From: Candidatus Marinacidobacterales bacterium
GTDB lineage: Bacteria > Acidobacteriota > Vicinamibacteria > Marinacidobacterales > SMYC01
DNA length: 64,000 nucleotides
Assembly (NCBI GenBank): GCA_965237955.1
Contig: OZ250169.1
Coordinates: forward strand, 992,001 to 1,056,000
Direction: 5' to 3'
How positions within the stretch are numbered: position 1 is the first letter of the stretch; each line of letters begins with the position of its first letter. The position numbers were made by a program, and so were the translations under genes. A model generated the notes under the pieces. The model worked only from the letters and a program-made list of their open reading frames with translations. It searched no databases and was not told where the DNA came from. Positions 1 through 11,128 of this stretch are shown in pieces.

Positions 1-1121
1 TCCGTGATTAAGGTGTTACCGTTGGGAAGACGCTGGGCGTTGCTGGCATCGTAGCTGAAGAACTTCTCATTCCTATATCCAACCTTGCCGGCTCTATATT
101 CCCAAACCAATTCCAGCGTCAGCGGATTGAACTCTAATATCCGGGAATACCACCTTAGAGCATTTCTTCTCCCGAAGGGAGCACCAGGATTAGGGGGGCC
201 GTATCCGGCTCTTCCACCATTATCAAAGACCAGGATGTTCCCTGCGCCAGGAAGTCCCTTGGGGATCACATGGGCATGATGCTGGCCAATGATCTGACCC
301 AGCTTGCGGAGTGCCGGTGTGGCGGTATAGTCCGGTCCCACCTTCCAGACGATCTTGCCGGTCTTCCTGTCGGTTATTCCCATGATGTTAGCCTCGCGGG
401 AATCCCAGATCACGTTGTCAGGATGGAAGCGCTCATCACCCGCGTCGTACCACTTATTGGGTCCGACATATGACAAACTGTTGATATGCAGCCAGTCGTC
501 AGCCTTCACTCCTTGTACATTCTCGTATTTCGGATGGCGGTACATGGTGTTCTTGGCTGCCTCGCTGAAACCCAGTTCATCTAAGTGCTCATTCCATAAC
601 CATTCCCAGACGATCTTTCCGTCCCAGGTCACCTCATAGATATAGTCATCAGCTAGAAGCTCGTTGGTTATCTTGGGATTTTTCAAAAGCTTGCGGGAAA
701 GGATCAGGGTCTTTCCCCTATCGACCAAGGGCTCCATGCCGGGGACATAGTATCCCACCGGATTACCCTCTCTCTGGAAATCATGATGTTGACCGGAGTT
801 TTCGAGCTTCCATACAATGTTCCCATCCCAATCTTCTTGGCCGAAATCGTTAGATGTTCCCGCTCCGCGTCGCATTAAATAGCCACCCGGAAGAAGCTTG
901 GGCGGATGTGAGGAACCTTCCCACTGCTTAACCACATTGCCGTTCATGTCGATTAGGGTAGGTCCAACTCCTCCCGCGGCTCGGAATATGGTGTAGCCAT
1001 TCCAAGCTTTATCAGGTTTGTAGATCGTCGTTCCTGTCGGGAAAACGGTTGGAATTGCAGGAAACGTTGCGGGAATGAGCGCTAGTGAACAAATCGCCAG
1101 CATGAATAAAGATTTTTTCAT
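1..1121 (-). CDS. Aryl-sulfate sulfotransferase (ASST)-like secreted protein, runs off window edge
   Basis: Manual translation from ATG 1121: signal-like MKKSLFMLAICSLALIP, then PTVFPTGTTIY..WNGYT..LIDMNG, DWLHINS, GQHHAH, ILVFDNG motifs. Confidence 0.8.
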   Translation of the reverse strand, partial: MKKSLFMLAICSLALIPATFPAIPTVFPTGTTIYKPDKAWNGYTIFRAAGGVGPTLIDMNGNVVKQWEGSSHPPKLLPGGYLMRRGAGTSNDFGQEDWDGNIVWKLENSGQHHDFQREGNPVGYYVPGMEPLVDRGKTLILSRKLLKNPKITNELLADDYIYEVTWDGKIVWEWLWNEHLDELGFSEAAKNTMYRHPKYENVQGVKADDWLHINSLSYVGPNKWYDAGDERFHPDNVIWDSREANIMGITDRKTGKIVWKVGPDYTATPALRKLGQIIGQHHAHVIPKGLPGAGNILVFDNGGRAGYGPPNPGAPFGRRNALRWYSRILEFNPLTLELVWEYRAGKVGYRNEKFFSYDASNAQRLPNGNTLIT

Positions 1122-1219
1122 TTTCTCCTCCTTTTCTTAGCTTTCGACCGATTCGGTCCGAACTTGCTTGACAACATACACTGTAAAAAACTGCATCACT
1201 CTAAAATCTGCTTAAGATG

Positions 1220-1600
1220 TAAACATTTTCCAGCTTAAAGTACGGCCTTAACATCTCCTCATCCAGGTCGTACTCGGCTTTTTTAAAGCTTTTCTGCATA
1301 GTAAGCTCCAGTCCCAGGGCTTCAGTTTAAAATCCTTGCCTTCTTTGTCAATCATCTCCTGAAGCTCTTTGGCTTCTTTTTTCGCCATCCGCAGAGCTGG
1401 TTTCCAAAACAGGTCAAGAAATTTGTAAAACATTCTCAGGTTTTTTTTCCATATTGTTTTCAAGCACAAAATGGGCATAGGTTTTGTAGCCTAAGAGATT
1501 TGCTTTTTCAACGCGAAGAGCGATTATTCGAGATACGATAGCTTTGTTGTCCAGATCATCATTATTATTAGAGCGGTTGATGTAAGCCTTAAAGATTTGC
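1220..1600 (-). pseudogene. M3 peptidase (Dcp-like) internal fragment, frameshifted
   Basis: Translates to IFKAYINRSNNND..LRVEKANLLGYKTYAHF..KLKPWDW..YDLDEEMLRPYFKLENV across frameshifts; AT-rich. Confidence 0.7.
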
Positions 1601-1889
1601 CTCGGCTTCTTTTTCGTTCGCTTGATTTGAGCAAGACAAAAGCATTAGACTCAACGAAGATACAATTGTTATTTTCAGTGTTTATTAGCTCCTTTTGATA
1701 TTTGTAGACCTAAAATTCGACAGCAAAACTGTATGTTGTCAAGCAAATTCGGAACGTCGCGGTCGAAAGCTTCGTCCACAACTTTGGGCCCGGCGGGAGG
1801 AAGATCGCCTACGAACTTGCCCACTGTGCGTGGTGTCTCGACCGCCCTGAGTACTAGACGTCGGAATCATAGTTTATTGGTATTCTCCT

Positions 1890-2403
1890 CTACAACGCGC
1901 CGTCCATAGCGGTGTGGGTTCCTTTCAACGAAGCGTGGGGGCAGTTTGATGCGGCCGAGATCGCCGAGTGGACGAAGAGCTACGATCCCACCCGGATCGT
2001 GGACCACGCCAGCGGTTGGTTCGACCAGGGAGCCGGCGACCTGAAGGATGAGCACATCTACATGCGGGAGCTGACGCTTCCCGAGCCCGAACCCGAGCGG
2101 GCCCTGGTGCTGGGTGAATTCGGGGGTTACGGCCTACTGGAGCGAGACCACTCCTGGCAAACAGAGGATCTGTTCGTGTACGACGAGTCGAGCTCGTCCG
2201 CCGAGCTCACCGAGAAATACGTCAGACTGCTCGAGGAGCAGGTCATCCCGCTCGTGCCCAGGTGGTCTTTCAGCGGCCGTCTACACCCAGACCACGGACG
2301 TCGAGTGAGAAGTCAACGGGTACCTCACCTACGACCGTGAGGTTTTCAAGATGGACATATCGTGAATCAGGCCAGTGCACGAGAGCTGACCAGCATCTAC
2401 TGA
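1890..2403 (+). pseudogene. Glycoside hydrolase family 2 C-terminal fragment
   Basis: WVPFNEAWGQ, DHASGW, VLGEFGG, then frameshifted AAVYTQTTDVE; N-terminus absent. Confidence 0.7.
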
Positions 2404-2423
2404 GGACACGGGAGGTCTGAGCC

Positions 2424-5114
2424 ATGGCATCCGCGCGACCCGCGCCCCCGCGCCGTGGGATCGCAGCCCTCGCGCTGGCTGCGATCCCGACCGTCGCCGC
2501 AGCGCAGGAGCTCCCCCCTCCGGTGGATCGGGAGATCCAGTTCCAGAGGGACGTCAAGCCGATCCTGGCCGAGCGCTGCTACGCGTGCCACGGCGAAGAC
2601 GTGGCGATGAACGGCTACAGCATGCGGCGGAAGAAGGAGGCCGTGCGCGGCGGCTACTCCGGCCTGGCCGCGATCGAGCCCCGCGACAGCGCCGCCAGCC
2701 GTCTGATCCACCTGGTGGCCGGCGTCGAGGAGATGTTGTTGATGCCCCCGACCGGCGGCCGGCTCTCCGATGAGGAGATCGGGGTCCTGCGCGCCTGGAT
2801 CGATCAGGGCGTCGACTGGGTCTCCTCGGACGAGGGCCCGGAAGCAGCGGAATCGGAGGAGTGGCTGGAGATGGACTACGGACCCGTGATCTCAGCCAGC
2901 ATCACGGTCCGCGAGCCGCAGGATCCACGCGCCGACAAGACGCCGCAGGACAACGTCAGCTACAAGGCCCACGCGGTGTCGCTGGGCCCGGACCGCAGGG
3001 CCGGCATCGTGTTCGACACGGAGCTGCTGCGCTACGCGGCGGGTTGGCGGGACGGGGGTCTCGAGCTGACCGGGACCGTCTTCGACGGGAAGCACGGGCC
3101 CCATCCCTGGGTCCGCGACGAGCCCGCGTTCGAGAACCCGGTCGGCCCGGGCTGGGCCGATCACGGCCGCTTCGACGACCCGCGCCCGGACGGCTTCGGC
3201 AACCTGCCCGAGGAGTGGGCCCGGTATCGCGGCTACTACGTGCACGGCACCCGGATCGTGTTCTCGTACTCGGTGGGCGGCGTCGGGGTGCTGGACCAGC
3301 CGGGTTTCGAGATCAGGCAAGGGTTTCAGGTCCTCACCCGAACGCTGGAGACGACAGCGAGCCGGGAAGAGAGGGTGCTCCAGGTCGCCGAGGCCCCCGG
3401 TGCGCCCCGACTCCTCGACCGGGTCTCCCTCGAGCCCGGAGAGGGCCCCGCGGCGCAGACGCTCGTGCGCGCGGGAGCGCTCGTCGTCGGTCTCGTCGGG
3501 GACGAAGGCGCCGAATGGGACCTCTCCGACGCCCAGATCCGGCTCCGGCTCCCCCCCTCCGACGAAGGCCGCCGGTGGAAGTTGTTCTTCGCCGCAGATG
3601 CGAACGTGGAGCGTCTGGCCGCGGTGCTGCGCGAAGCGCCCGCACCTCTCGCTCTCGCGGAGCTCACGCGCGGTGGGCCGTCCCGCTTCGCCCGGGAGGT
3701 GAGCACCCGCGGCCGGCTGGGACCCGTCTCCGGGCCGTACGTCGTGGACGAGATCACCCTGCCCGTCGACAACCCCTGGAAGTCCTGGATGCGCCCGGGG
3801 GACTTCGCCTTCTTCGAAGGTGAGGACCGCGCCGCGGTCACGACCTGGAGCGGCGACGTGTGGCTCGTCGACGGCGTCGATGCCGATCTCGAAGAGCTCG
3901 TGTGGCGCCGCTACGCCACCGGCTTCTACCAGCCTCTGGGCGTCGAGGTCGTCGACGGCACGGTCCACGTCCTCGATCGCAACCAGATCACTCGCCTCCA
4001 CGACCTGAACGGCGATGGCGAGGCCGACTTCTACGAGAACTTCAACAACGACTTCCTCGCCACCCACCACTTCCACGAGTTCACCTTCGACCTCGATCGC
4101 GACCGCGACGGCAACTTCTACTTCGCCAAGGCGGCGCGCCACGCGCTCCCGGCCAAGGTCAGGCACCACGGGGTGATCTTCAAGCTCGATCCCGGCGGCC
4201 GGAAGCTCGAGGTCGTCTGCCGCGGCTTCCGCGTGCCCAACGGCGTGTCGGTGGGGCCGAACGGCGAGATCACGACTTCGGACCAGGAGGGGCACTGGAT
4301 CCCGTCCACACCGATCGTGATGTGCGAGCCCGGCGGCTACTACGGCTACGCCTGGGGCGGGGGCGTCGATCCGGCCCGGGCCGACGACTACGATCGCCCG
4401 GTGGTGTACCTTCCGACCGAGGTCGACAACTCGGGGGCCGGGCAGGCCTGGGTCCCCGACGATCGCTGGGGGCCGCTCGAAGGCCATCTCGTCCACGCCT
4501 CTTATGGACGCGGGAAGCTCTTCCTGGTCCCGATCGAGCGCGTCGACGGCGTCCTCCAGGGCGGGGCGGTGGCGCTTCCCGCCGAGTTCGACACCGGGCT
4601 GTTGCGCCCCGGCTTCCGCGACGGGGACGGTCAGCTCTACCTCACCGGCCTGCGCGGCTGGGGCACCAGGAAGAAGGCGGCCGGAGCGTTCTACCGCGTC
4701 CGCTACGCCGGTGGGCCGCTCTATATGCCGATCGCGCTACAGGTGAGCGAAGCGGAGGGGATCTCGATCACCTTCACGGATCCCCTCGAACGCGGCTCCG
4801 CGGAAGACACGGAGAACTACGTCGTCAAGCGCTGGAACTACCGGCGCAGCAGCCGCTACGGCTCGGATGAGTTCCGGCTCGACGGGGAGCGGGGAATCGA
4901 AGAGGTCCAGGTCCTCGCCGCTCGCCTCTCCTCCGACGGCCGGACCGTGACGCTCACCGTGGAGGACCTGCGGGAGGTGGACCAGATGCAGGTCTGGCTG
5001 AGCCTCGAGGCCGCCGACGGCGCCCTCGTGGTCCACGAGATCCCGCTCACGGTCAACCGTCTCTCGCACCAGCCGGGGAAGCCGGTCCTGGCGCTGCGGG
5101 GGCAAGAACGCTAG
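2424..5114 (+). CDS. PVC-type cytochrome c (CxxCH) + DUF6797-like + beta-propeller dehydrogenase-like protein
   Basis: 896 aa; signal peptide, F.RDVKPIL..CYACHG...MPP..LS.EEI..L..WI.QG, DLNGDGEADFYENF, GFRVPNG, DQEGHWIP. Confidence 0.75.
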   Translation: MASARPAPPRRGIAALALAAIPTVAAAQELPPPVDREIQFQRDVKPILAERCYACHGEDVAMNGYSMRRKKEAVRGGYSGLAAIEPRDSAASRLIHLVAGVEEMLLMPPTGGRLSDEEIGVLRAWIDQGVDWVSSDEGPEAAESEEWLEMDYGPVISASITVREPQDPRADKTPQDNVSYKAHAVSLGPDRRAGIVFDTELLRYAAGWRDGGLELTGTVFDGKHGPHPWVRDEPAFENPVGPGWADHGRFDDPRPDGFGNLPEEWARYRGYYVHGTRIVFSYSVGGVGVLDQPGFEIRQGFQVLTRTLETTASREERVLQVAEAPGAPRLLDRVSLEPGEGPAAQTLVRAGALVVGLVGDEGAEWDLSDAQIRLRLPPSDEGRRWKLFFAADANVERLAAVLREAPAPLALAELTRGGPSRFAREVSTRGRLGPVSGPYVVDEITLPVDNPWKSWMRPGDFAFFEGEDRAAVTTWSGDVWLVDGVDADLEELVWRRYATGFYQPLGVEVVDGTVHVLDRNQITRLHDLNGDGEADFYENFNNDFLATHHFHEFTFDLDRDRDGNFYFAKAARHALPAKVRHHGVIFKLDPGGRKLEVVCRGFRVPNGVSVGPNGEITTSDQEGHWIPSTPIVMCEPGGYYGYAWGGGVDPARADDYDRPVVYLPTEVDNSGAGQAWVPDDRWGPLEGHLVHASYGRGKLFLVPIERVDGVLQGGAVALPAEFDTGLLRPGFRDGDGQLYLTGLRGWGTRKKAAGAFYRVRYAGGPLYMPIALQVSEAEGISITFTDPLERGSAEDTENYVVKRWNYRRSSRYGSDEFRLDGERGIEEVQVLAARLSSDGRTVTLTVEDLREVDQMQVWLSLEAADGALVVHEIPLTVNRLSHQPGKPVLALRGQER

Positions 5115-5134
5115 CGTTGAATAAGGAGGTCTCG

Positions 5135-6300
5135 ATGCGTCTTCCCTCCATCGCCCTGCTCGGGCTGCTCGGCTCCATGGCCGTCGCTCCCGTCTCCGCG
5201 GAGACGGGAGATCGATGGCTGGTGTACGAAGGGATAGGAGGACCCGGCGACGGCGTCCGCATCGTCCTGATCTCCGGCGACGAGGAGTATCGGTCCGAAG
5301 AGGCACTGCCCCAACTCGCCGCGATCCTGGCGTTCCGCCACGGCTTCCACTGCACCGTCCTCTTCGCCATCGATCCGGAGACCGGGATCATCAACCCGAA
5401 CGAGCAGACGAACATACCCGGACTCGAAACCCTGGGGACCGCCAACCTGGTCCTCGTGTTCACCCGCCTCCGGTCGCTGCCGGACGATCAGATGAAATGG
5501 ATCGACGAGTACCTCCTCTCGGGCCGGCCGGTGATCGGTCTCCGCACCGCGACCCACGCCTTCCGTCCTCCGGACGCAACGGCAACACCGAGAGGCCGTA
5601 CTCGCCGCGGAGCAGGCCGGCTCCACGCCGCCGGCGCTGGCGATCGAGGACGAGCAGTGGGGACGGTTCGGGCACTACGGAGACGGATACTCCGGGCCGC
5701 GGACGGCGTGGGAGGGCGGCTTCGGCCGTCTCGTGCTGGGCGAGCGCTGGATCGCCCACCACGGACGCCACAAGCACGAATCGACGCGCGGGATCGCGGC
5801 CCCCGGGGCGGCCGGCCATCCGATCCTGCGCGGCGTCGCTCCCGGCTCGATCTGGGGGCCCACCGACGTCTACCGGGTCCGCCTGCCGCTGCCGGGTGAC
5901 GCCCGCCCGCTGGTCCTCGGCCAGGTCGTGGAGCGCCGTGGCGACTTCGACGAGCAGGACCCCTTCTTTGGCATGAGGCCCGACGACGGGCCGCCGGCGG
6001 CGGCCAAGAACGACCCGATGATGCCGGTGGCGTGGACGAAGACCTACCGGGTCCCTGGCGGGAAACCGGGCCGGGTGTTTGCGACGACGCTGGGCGCATC
6101 GACCGACCTCCTCTCGGCCGGTTTGCGCCGCTTGATCGTCAACGCCGTCTACTGGTCCCTCGGCAAGGCCGAAGAGATTCCAGGGGGGGCGCGGCCGTGG
6201 ACCCCGTCGGGCGCTACGAGCCCACCCAGTACGGCTTTCTCTCAACCGAGCACCACCAGAGCACGGGGCGCCGGCCGGCCGACCTCCGAGTGGAACCCGG
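5135..6300 (+). CDS. ThuA-like (class I glutamine amidotransferase fold) protein, frameshifted
   Basis: IVLISGDEEYRSEE, GLRTATHAF in the first ORF; HHG.HK.EST, PVAWTK, GRVFATTLGAS in ORF 5733..6341. Confidence 0.7.
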
Positions 6301-6607
6301 TAGGAAATACGAGGAGTGAGATCCTGATGGGGACAATTTAGGGACAGTCCATCGTCTCGAGTCTACTCTCTAAAGGCCGATGACGATCTGAAAAAGATCC
6401 TCGAGATGTTCCACTATCCGAACGGGTCGCGGCTCGTCGGCCGCGTGCTCGAGCAACACACCGCGAGCACCAGGACCGATTACCCCGAGGACATATACAG
6501 CGGGAAGTGCAGGCGCGTTTCGGACCCAACCACTCCGTCGGCGGCGGTATCGCTCACGAATCGTCAGTCCGTTCAGGTTGATCCTCGAGTCTCCGTGGTC
6601 GGGCAAC

Positions 6608-7325
6608 CTACCGAACGGACACGACGTGCGCTGCGACGTCGGTCTTTGCACCGGGCGCCGCGGGCCCAGTCCTCACTTCGGCTTGCGGGAACGTGTGACC
6701 CGCCGCCGCTTCGCCGTTCGCGGTGACGATGAACTGACGCGTCACGACATTGCCTGCCGCGCCCCCGATCGCGAACGTGTACGTAGTTTGACCGGTCACT
6801 CTGACGCCCGGCGGAAGGGCAGTTCCGGCTCCCGGGTAAGTAACCGTGACCGGGCCGACGTAAGGAGGGATTTGCGTGACAGTTGCCATCACGACCACGC
6901 CCGGTCCGCCGGGTGTGAGCGAGACCTCCGATGGCGTGATCTCGATGTAGGCTCCGCCATCCGCGGCACCGTACGCCTTCACCGTGTACGGCGTCGACGA
7001 CTTCGGTGCGACTGGTGGCGCGGTTCCGGTAACGGCAATCGGGTAAACTCCCTGGGCAATGCCGGCCGGAACGTTGATCTGCAGCCGCGCGGTGAACTCA
7101 GGACGCCCGGCCGCAGCGCCGACATACGCGCCCGTGATGCCCGCGGGCAGCGGGCCTACGCCGAGCGTCACGACGTTCGGTACGGGGATGACTTTGTTGG
7201 TCGCCGGGTCGACGCCAGAGCGACGCGTGTGGACCGCCCTGAAGTGGATCGACGCCGGTCCTCCGGCGAGAATCTTGATCTCGCTTGGAAGATCTCCAGC
7301 GATGAGGTAATCCGGTGGCGGGTCC
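6608..7325 (-). pseudogene. Pro/Thr/Val-rich surface-protein fragment truncated by a B end
   Basis: ORF 6608..7357 starts inside the B end; beta-rich, Ig-like composition. Confidence 0.4.
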
Positions 7326-8155
7326 CGTCCTGTCCGAAAACGGGAACGGAGCGGCAAGGTCGAATCCTAGAGGCGTTCTCAAAACTCGCGGAGACCAGCC
7401 GACGCGGTACTGGCTCTGCGATAGGCGACCCCGAGCAGACCTCTCCTGCAGACCATCCGTTCCGTCCAACTGGCGCGCCCGAACTCCTATGCGGCGTCGC
7501 GGTGGTAATAGCTGAGCAAGCCGCCCAATCGCTTACGACATCGCACCTTCTCGTGAGGACTGCCGACGCATTCTTCCGCTTCGAGCAACGCGTTCCCGAG
7601 CCCTTGATGGTTGCGCTCTCCGTGATAATGATGGATGAACTCAGCGACGGCACGGCGCAGCGATTGCTCACTGAAGAAGATCATCCGCTCCAAGCACTCG
7701 CTCTTGATCGACAAAACAAACCTTTCGACGTAAGCGTTCAGATTCGGCGAACGGTGCGGCAGCCGAATGACGTCCGTTCCGGCGTGCTCGAGCAAATCGC
7801 GAAACTCCGTGGTGAACTTCTTGTCGTGGTCCAGGATGAGGAATCGCTTGCCGCGCAGAAAGCCGTCGAATGGGTCGGTGAGATTCCGACCGACCTGCAT
7901 CATGAACGGGCCATCCGGCCCCGGAGTGATTCCGGCAATGTGCACTTTTCGCGAAGACAGCTCGATGACGACGAGCACATAGTTAGGTCACGAGCCTGCG
8001 AACTGTGGCGACCTCGACGGTGAAGAAGTCGATCGCAGCAACGGTTTCCCAATGGGCGGCGAGAAACGTGCGCCACGGCGTCCGCTCACCTCGCTCCGGC
8101 GCGGGCTCGATGCCATGTTCTCGCAGAATATTGGCGATGGTGCTCCTGGCTACCG
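7326..8155 (-). mobile_element. Truncated B-family rve-integrase element (one end plus frameshifted transposase C-half)
   Basis: End CGTCCTGTCCGAAAAC at 7326; near-identical to 59300-60128; ORF pieces with DFFTVEV and [11 protein letters not shown]. Confidence 0.85.
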
Positions 8156-8266
8156 CGTCCTGTGCCAAAACTCGGCCCTTTTGAAATAGACCACAAATCA
8201 GCAGCTTAGACGCCCTTGGAATCCGCGCAGAATCGAGGGTATTTCGCGCCGCAGGGCTGGCTTCCG
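8156..8266 (+). repeat. Solo A2-type end
   Basis: CGTCCTGTGCCAAAACTCGGCCCTTTTGAAATAG...GCCCTTGGAATCCGCGCAG; same as 53075 and 57884. Confidence 0.9.
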
Positions 8267-9704
8267 CGTCCTGTGCCAAAACTCGGCCTTTTTTGAAATA
8301 GGCCATAAATCAGCAACTTAGTGTCTGTGTTTACGACCGGGCCAAGGGCCGTGGGCTTTACAATCGTCTTGGGCGGGCGGGTCGTCACCATGCAGATGAC
8401 CACCTAGTCGAGAGCGAATATCGAAGCGTGTTCCTGAAGCGGTTTCCACGCTACGCCGGTCGAGCCCGCCGAGGGGCTACCGTCGCCGGCGACCATCTAC
8501 GCGGCACGGCAGTAGTAGTTGAGAATGCCCCCAAGTCGCTCTCGCGACACGATGGGGCCAGCGTCATTCGCGCTTGCCGGCAGAGGTGTGAGGAGCTCGT
8601 TGCCGAGACCTTGGTGGTTCCGTTCTGTGTGATAGTGCACTACGTATTCGGTTACCGCTGTGCGCAGGTGTCGCTCACTGAGAGGTACGAAGCGGTCGAG
8701 ACACTCTCGACGTATGGAGAGAACGAATCTTTCCGCATATGCGTTCAGATTCGGACTATTAGCGGGAAGGCGAAGGGGCTTCACGCCTGAATCTCTCAAC
8801 AGCCCACGTACCGCCTCGGTGAATAGCGGGTCCCGGTCGTGGATGAGGTATCGCTTGCCAAGGAGGAAACCATCCCACATGTCAGTGAGGTTTCTTGCCA
8901 CCTGCTTCATCCACTCCCCGTTGGGGTCCGACGTTATCCAGGGCAGTACACCGATGCACACGCAGCGAGTGGCGATATCGATGACAAACAGGACATGGTA
9001 GCGGACGAGCCCGAACGGGTTCACAACCTCGACGATGAACAGGTCTGTCGCAGCGATGGCGCCCCAATGAGCCTTGATGAAGGTGCTCCACGACATGCTC
9101 CTGCCCCGCTCCGGCGCAGGAGCGATACCGTGCTCGGCGAGGAGCCTCTTGATAGTGTTGCGTCCGAGTTCATGTCCTAGGTTCTTGAGTGCGCCTCGCA
9201 GGCGCGTATATCCCCACGTCGGGTTCTCCCGCGCCACGCGCACAATGAGCTCACGGATGTCCTTCGCCGTCGGAGGTCGGCCTGGACTCCGGTTCTTGCT
9301 GCCATCGTACTTGGCTGCGATGAGGTGGCGGTACCAGCGCAGAAGCGTAGCGGGTGTGGCAACGGACGCAATCTGGGCCAGCGCCTCGCGGCCCAAAGCC
9401 TGGGCCTTGACGGCGAGCCTGCGCCGCTCGTCGTCCGAGAGACTGAGACGCTTGCCCCGAAGCCCGGCTCGGAGCACACGGTTCTCCTCTTGCTGGTAGT
9501 CGATCACATCCTGCTGCTGGCGGTTGACCCAGCCAGCTAGAACGAGCAGTAGGAATTGCACGTGGTACGTCATCATGGAGCTGAAGATAACACCCTCGGG
9601 CTAGACGATTGTAAAGCCTACGGCCCTTGGCCCCGGCGCAAACACAGACACTAAGCTGCTGATTTATGGCCTATTTCAAAAGGGCCGAGTTTTGGCACAG
9701 GACG
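8267..9704 (-). mobile_element. A-family element copy 1 with about 100-bp terminal inverted repeats
   Basis: Inverted ends CGTCCTGTGCC...GGCACAGGACG flank a single transposase ORF. Confidence 0.9.
8497..9576 (-). CDS. rve/DDE integrase-core transposase (9-bp insertion relative to other copies)
   Basis: HTH region [10 protein letters not shown]; TDLF / HDRD / YAERF triad with about 35-residue D-E spacing. Confidence 0.9.
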   Translation of the reverse strand: MMTYHVQFLLLVLAGWVNRQQQDVIDYQQEENRVLRAGLRGKRLSLSDDERRRLAVKAQALGREALAQIASVATPATLLRWYRHLIAAKYDGSKNRSPGRPPTAKDIRELIVRVARENPTWGYTRLRGALKNLGHELGRNTIKRLLAEHGIAPAPERGRSMSWSTFIKAHWGAIAATDLFIVEVVNPFGLVRYHVLFVIDIATRCVCIGVLPWITSDPNGEWMKQVARNLTDMWDGFLLGKRYLIHDRDPLFTEAVRGLLRDSGVKPLRLPANSPNLNAYAERFVLSIRRECLDRFVPLSERHLRTAVTEYVVHYHTERNHQGLGNELLTPLPASANDAGPIVSRERLGGILNYYCRAA

Positions 9705-10118
9705 GGGTACGATGCGCTAGATGCGCAGAGGAAAGCAGGCCTGAATAAGATCGGCAAATTCGATAGGGATTTGGGTCGCTTCGTTATCCATCGGCTTGAG
9801 GGCGACGTGCTGCGGCATGAAGACTGGGGCCACATAGCGATTCTGGACAACAGCGCCATCGTCGTCGACGGACGCACTCTGCCTGGCGAGGCCAGAAGCC
9901 CGAACGCGGCCACGTTCGGGTGGGCCAAAAAACGATACGTTGAAAAAGAGATGCAGAGGTTCAAAGACAACATTTACAAGCAGCCGGACATGTCGTCTCA
10001 GGAGCGCGCGACCGCCGTTCAAGAGTTCAGGAGAACGATCGAACAGACGTTCGATGGATTCAGCCGCGCTCGGAAATACGAGATAATGATGCGAGAGGCA
10101 TACGGACTGGAGGAGTGA
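9705..10118 (+). pseudogene. 5'-truncated hypothetical protein
   Basis: ORF begins inside the A end; stop overlaps the start of the next ORF. Confidence 0.4.
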
Positions 10119-11020
10119 TGGCTGAACCGTACGGCCAGGATCTTGTGGAGCGGGCCTATTTGTCACGGCTCCATGCGATGCTGGTGAACTCCGGATATCG
10201 AGGACAGTTCGCCGGCGTGGAGCCGGTCGACCGGCTGTTCGCGCTTTTGAGACGCTCGGACAGAGGGACGAAACTCGCCGACCAGTTTGTGTCCGTTTTC
10301 GGAGACGGCGGCAAACGGACCAGCGTGGCGACGATCAGAATCGCGGACGAGCGCGCGTACCAGGCGTGGGGGTTGCCAAACGTCTGGCCGACACGCCATA
10401 CTGCCGTCATGGCACTTCCAAAACGCCTAATCAAGGACATCAAGGAAAATCGCGAGGAGTGGAGAGCGCGCCGGTTCGAGCGCTTTCTCCAGCCGATTGA
10501 CGCGATCGTGCCGGTGGACCAAAACCACCCAAGTCCTGCTGACATCAACGCGGCAGCCCTGCGGATCGCAGCACAGGTGGACGCTCGGCACAAGAAAGGG
10601 GTCCATCAGATGGCGAAGCGTAAGACGCCACAAAAGACGGACAAGAAGTACGACCGCTTCGTCATGGACGTGCGGGAAATCGGCGACCCTGCGACTTCTC
10701 CTAGCCAGGCCGAGATCAACGCAAGCGTTGAGATCAATCTACGGAAGCAGGCGCTGGCGATCTTCGCCAAGGCCGAGAAGGCCAAGACGAAGGGCCGAAA
10801 GCTGACAGCCGACGACAAGCAGACGTACGATCACTTCGCCAAGCAGTACCCGCACCTCGTTACTGAGCGCCGTGCGGAGTTCCAGAAGCAGTTAGAGCGA
10901 TTCATCCAGCCGGCCGAAGGCATCCGGCCCAACGGGGTGGGGCCGTCGCCGGCAGAGGTGGACGAGGCGGCGCGCCGAGCGCTGGAGAATTACAAGCGCA
11001 GTGGCAAAAAGAGTTCGTAA
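10115..11020 (+). CDS. Hypothetical basic protein with three internal repeats
   Basis: 301 aa; GGAGGAG RBS; repeated (H/S/G)PSxA(D/E)(I/V) motif. Confidence 0.55.
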   Translation: MMAEPYGQDLVERAYLSRLHAMLVNSGYRGQFAGVEPVDRLFALLRRSDRGTKLADQFVSVFGDGGKRTSVATIRIADERAYQAWGLPNVWPTRHTAVMALPKRLIKDIKENREEWRARRFERFLQPIDAIVPVDQNHPSPADINAAALRIAAQVDARHKKGVHQMAKRKTPQKTDKKYDRFVMDVREIGDPATSPSQAEINASVEINLRKQALAIFAKAEKAKTKGRKLTADDKQTYDHFAKQYPHLVTERRAEFQKQLERFIQPAEGIRPNGVGPSPAEVDEAARRALENYKRSGKKSS

Positions 11021-11128
11021 GTCGGACGACGACCGACGACCGACGGCAGAGGAGCAGAGACTACTGGAGCGGCTGACCGACTGGACGGCCGACACCGTCA
11101 TAATCGCGAAGGCGTCCTGTGCCAAAAC

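Noticed and set aside
2861-4870. Long overlapping Arg-rich or antisense ORFs (also 6578..8023, 23701..25182, 61811..62833)
   Set aside because: They are shadow frames of GC-rich real genes.
5560-5740. Frameshifts in ThuA-like, GH2 and glutamate synthase-like genes as programmed recoding
   Set aside because: No clear slippery signals; sequencing indels or decay are more likely.
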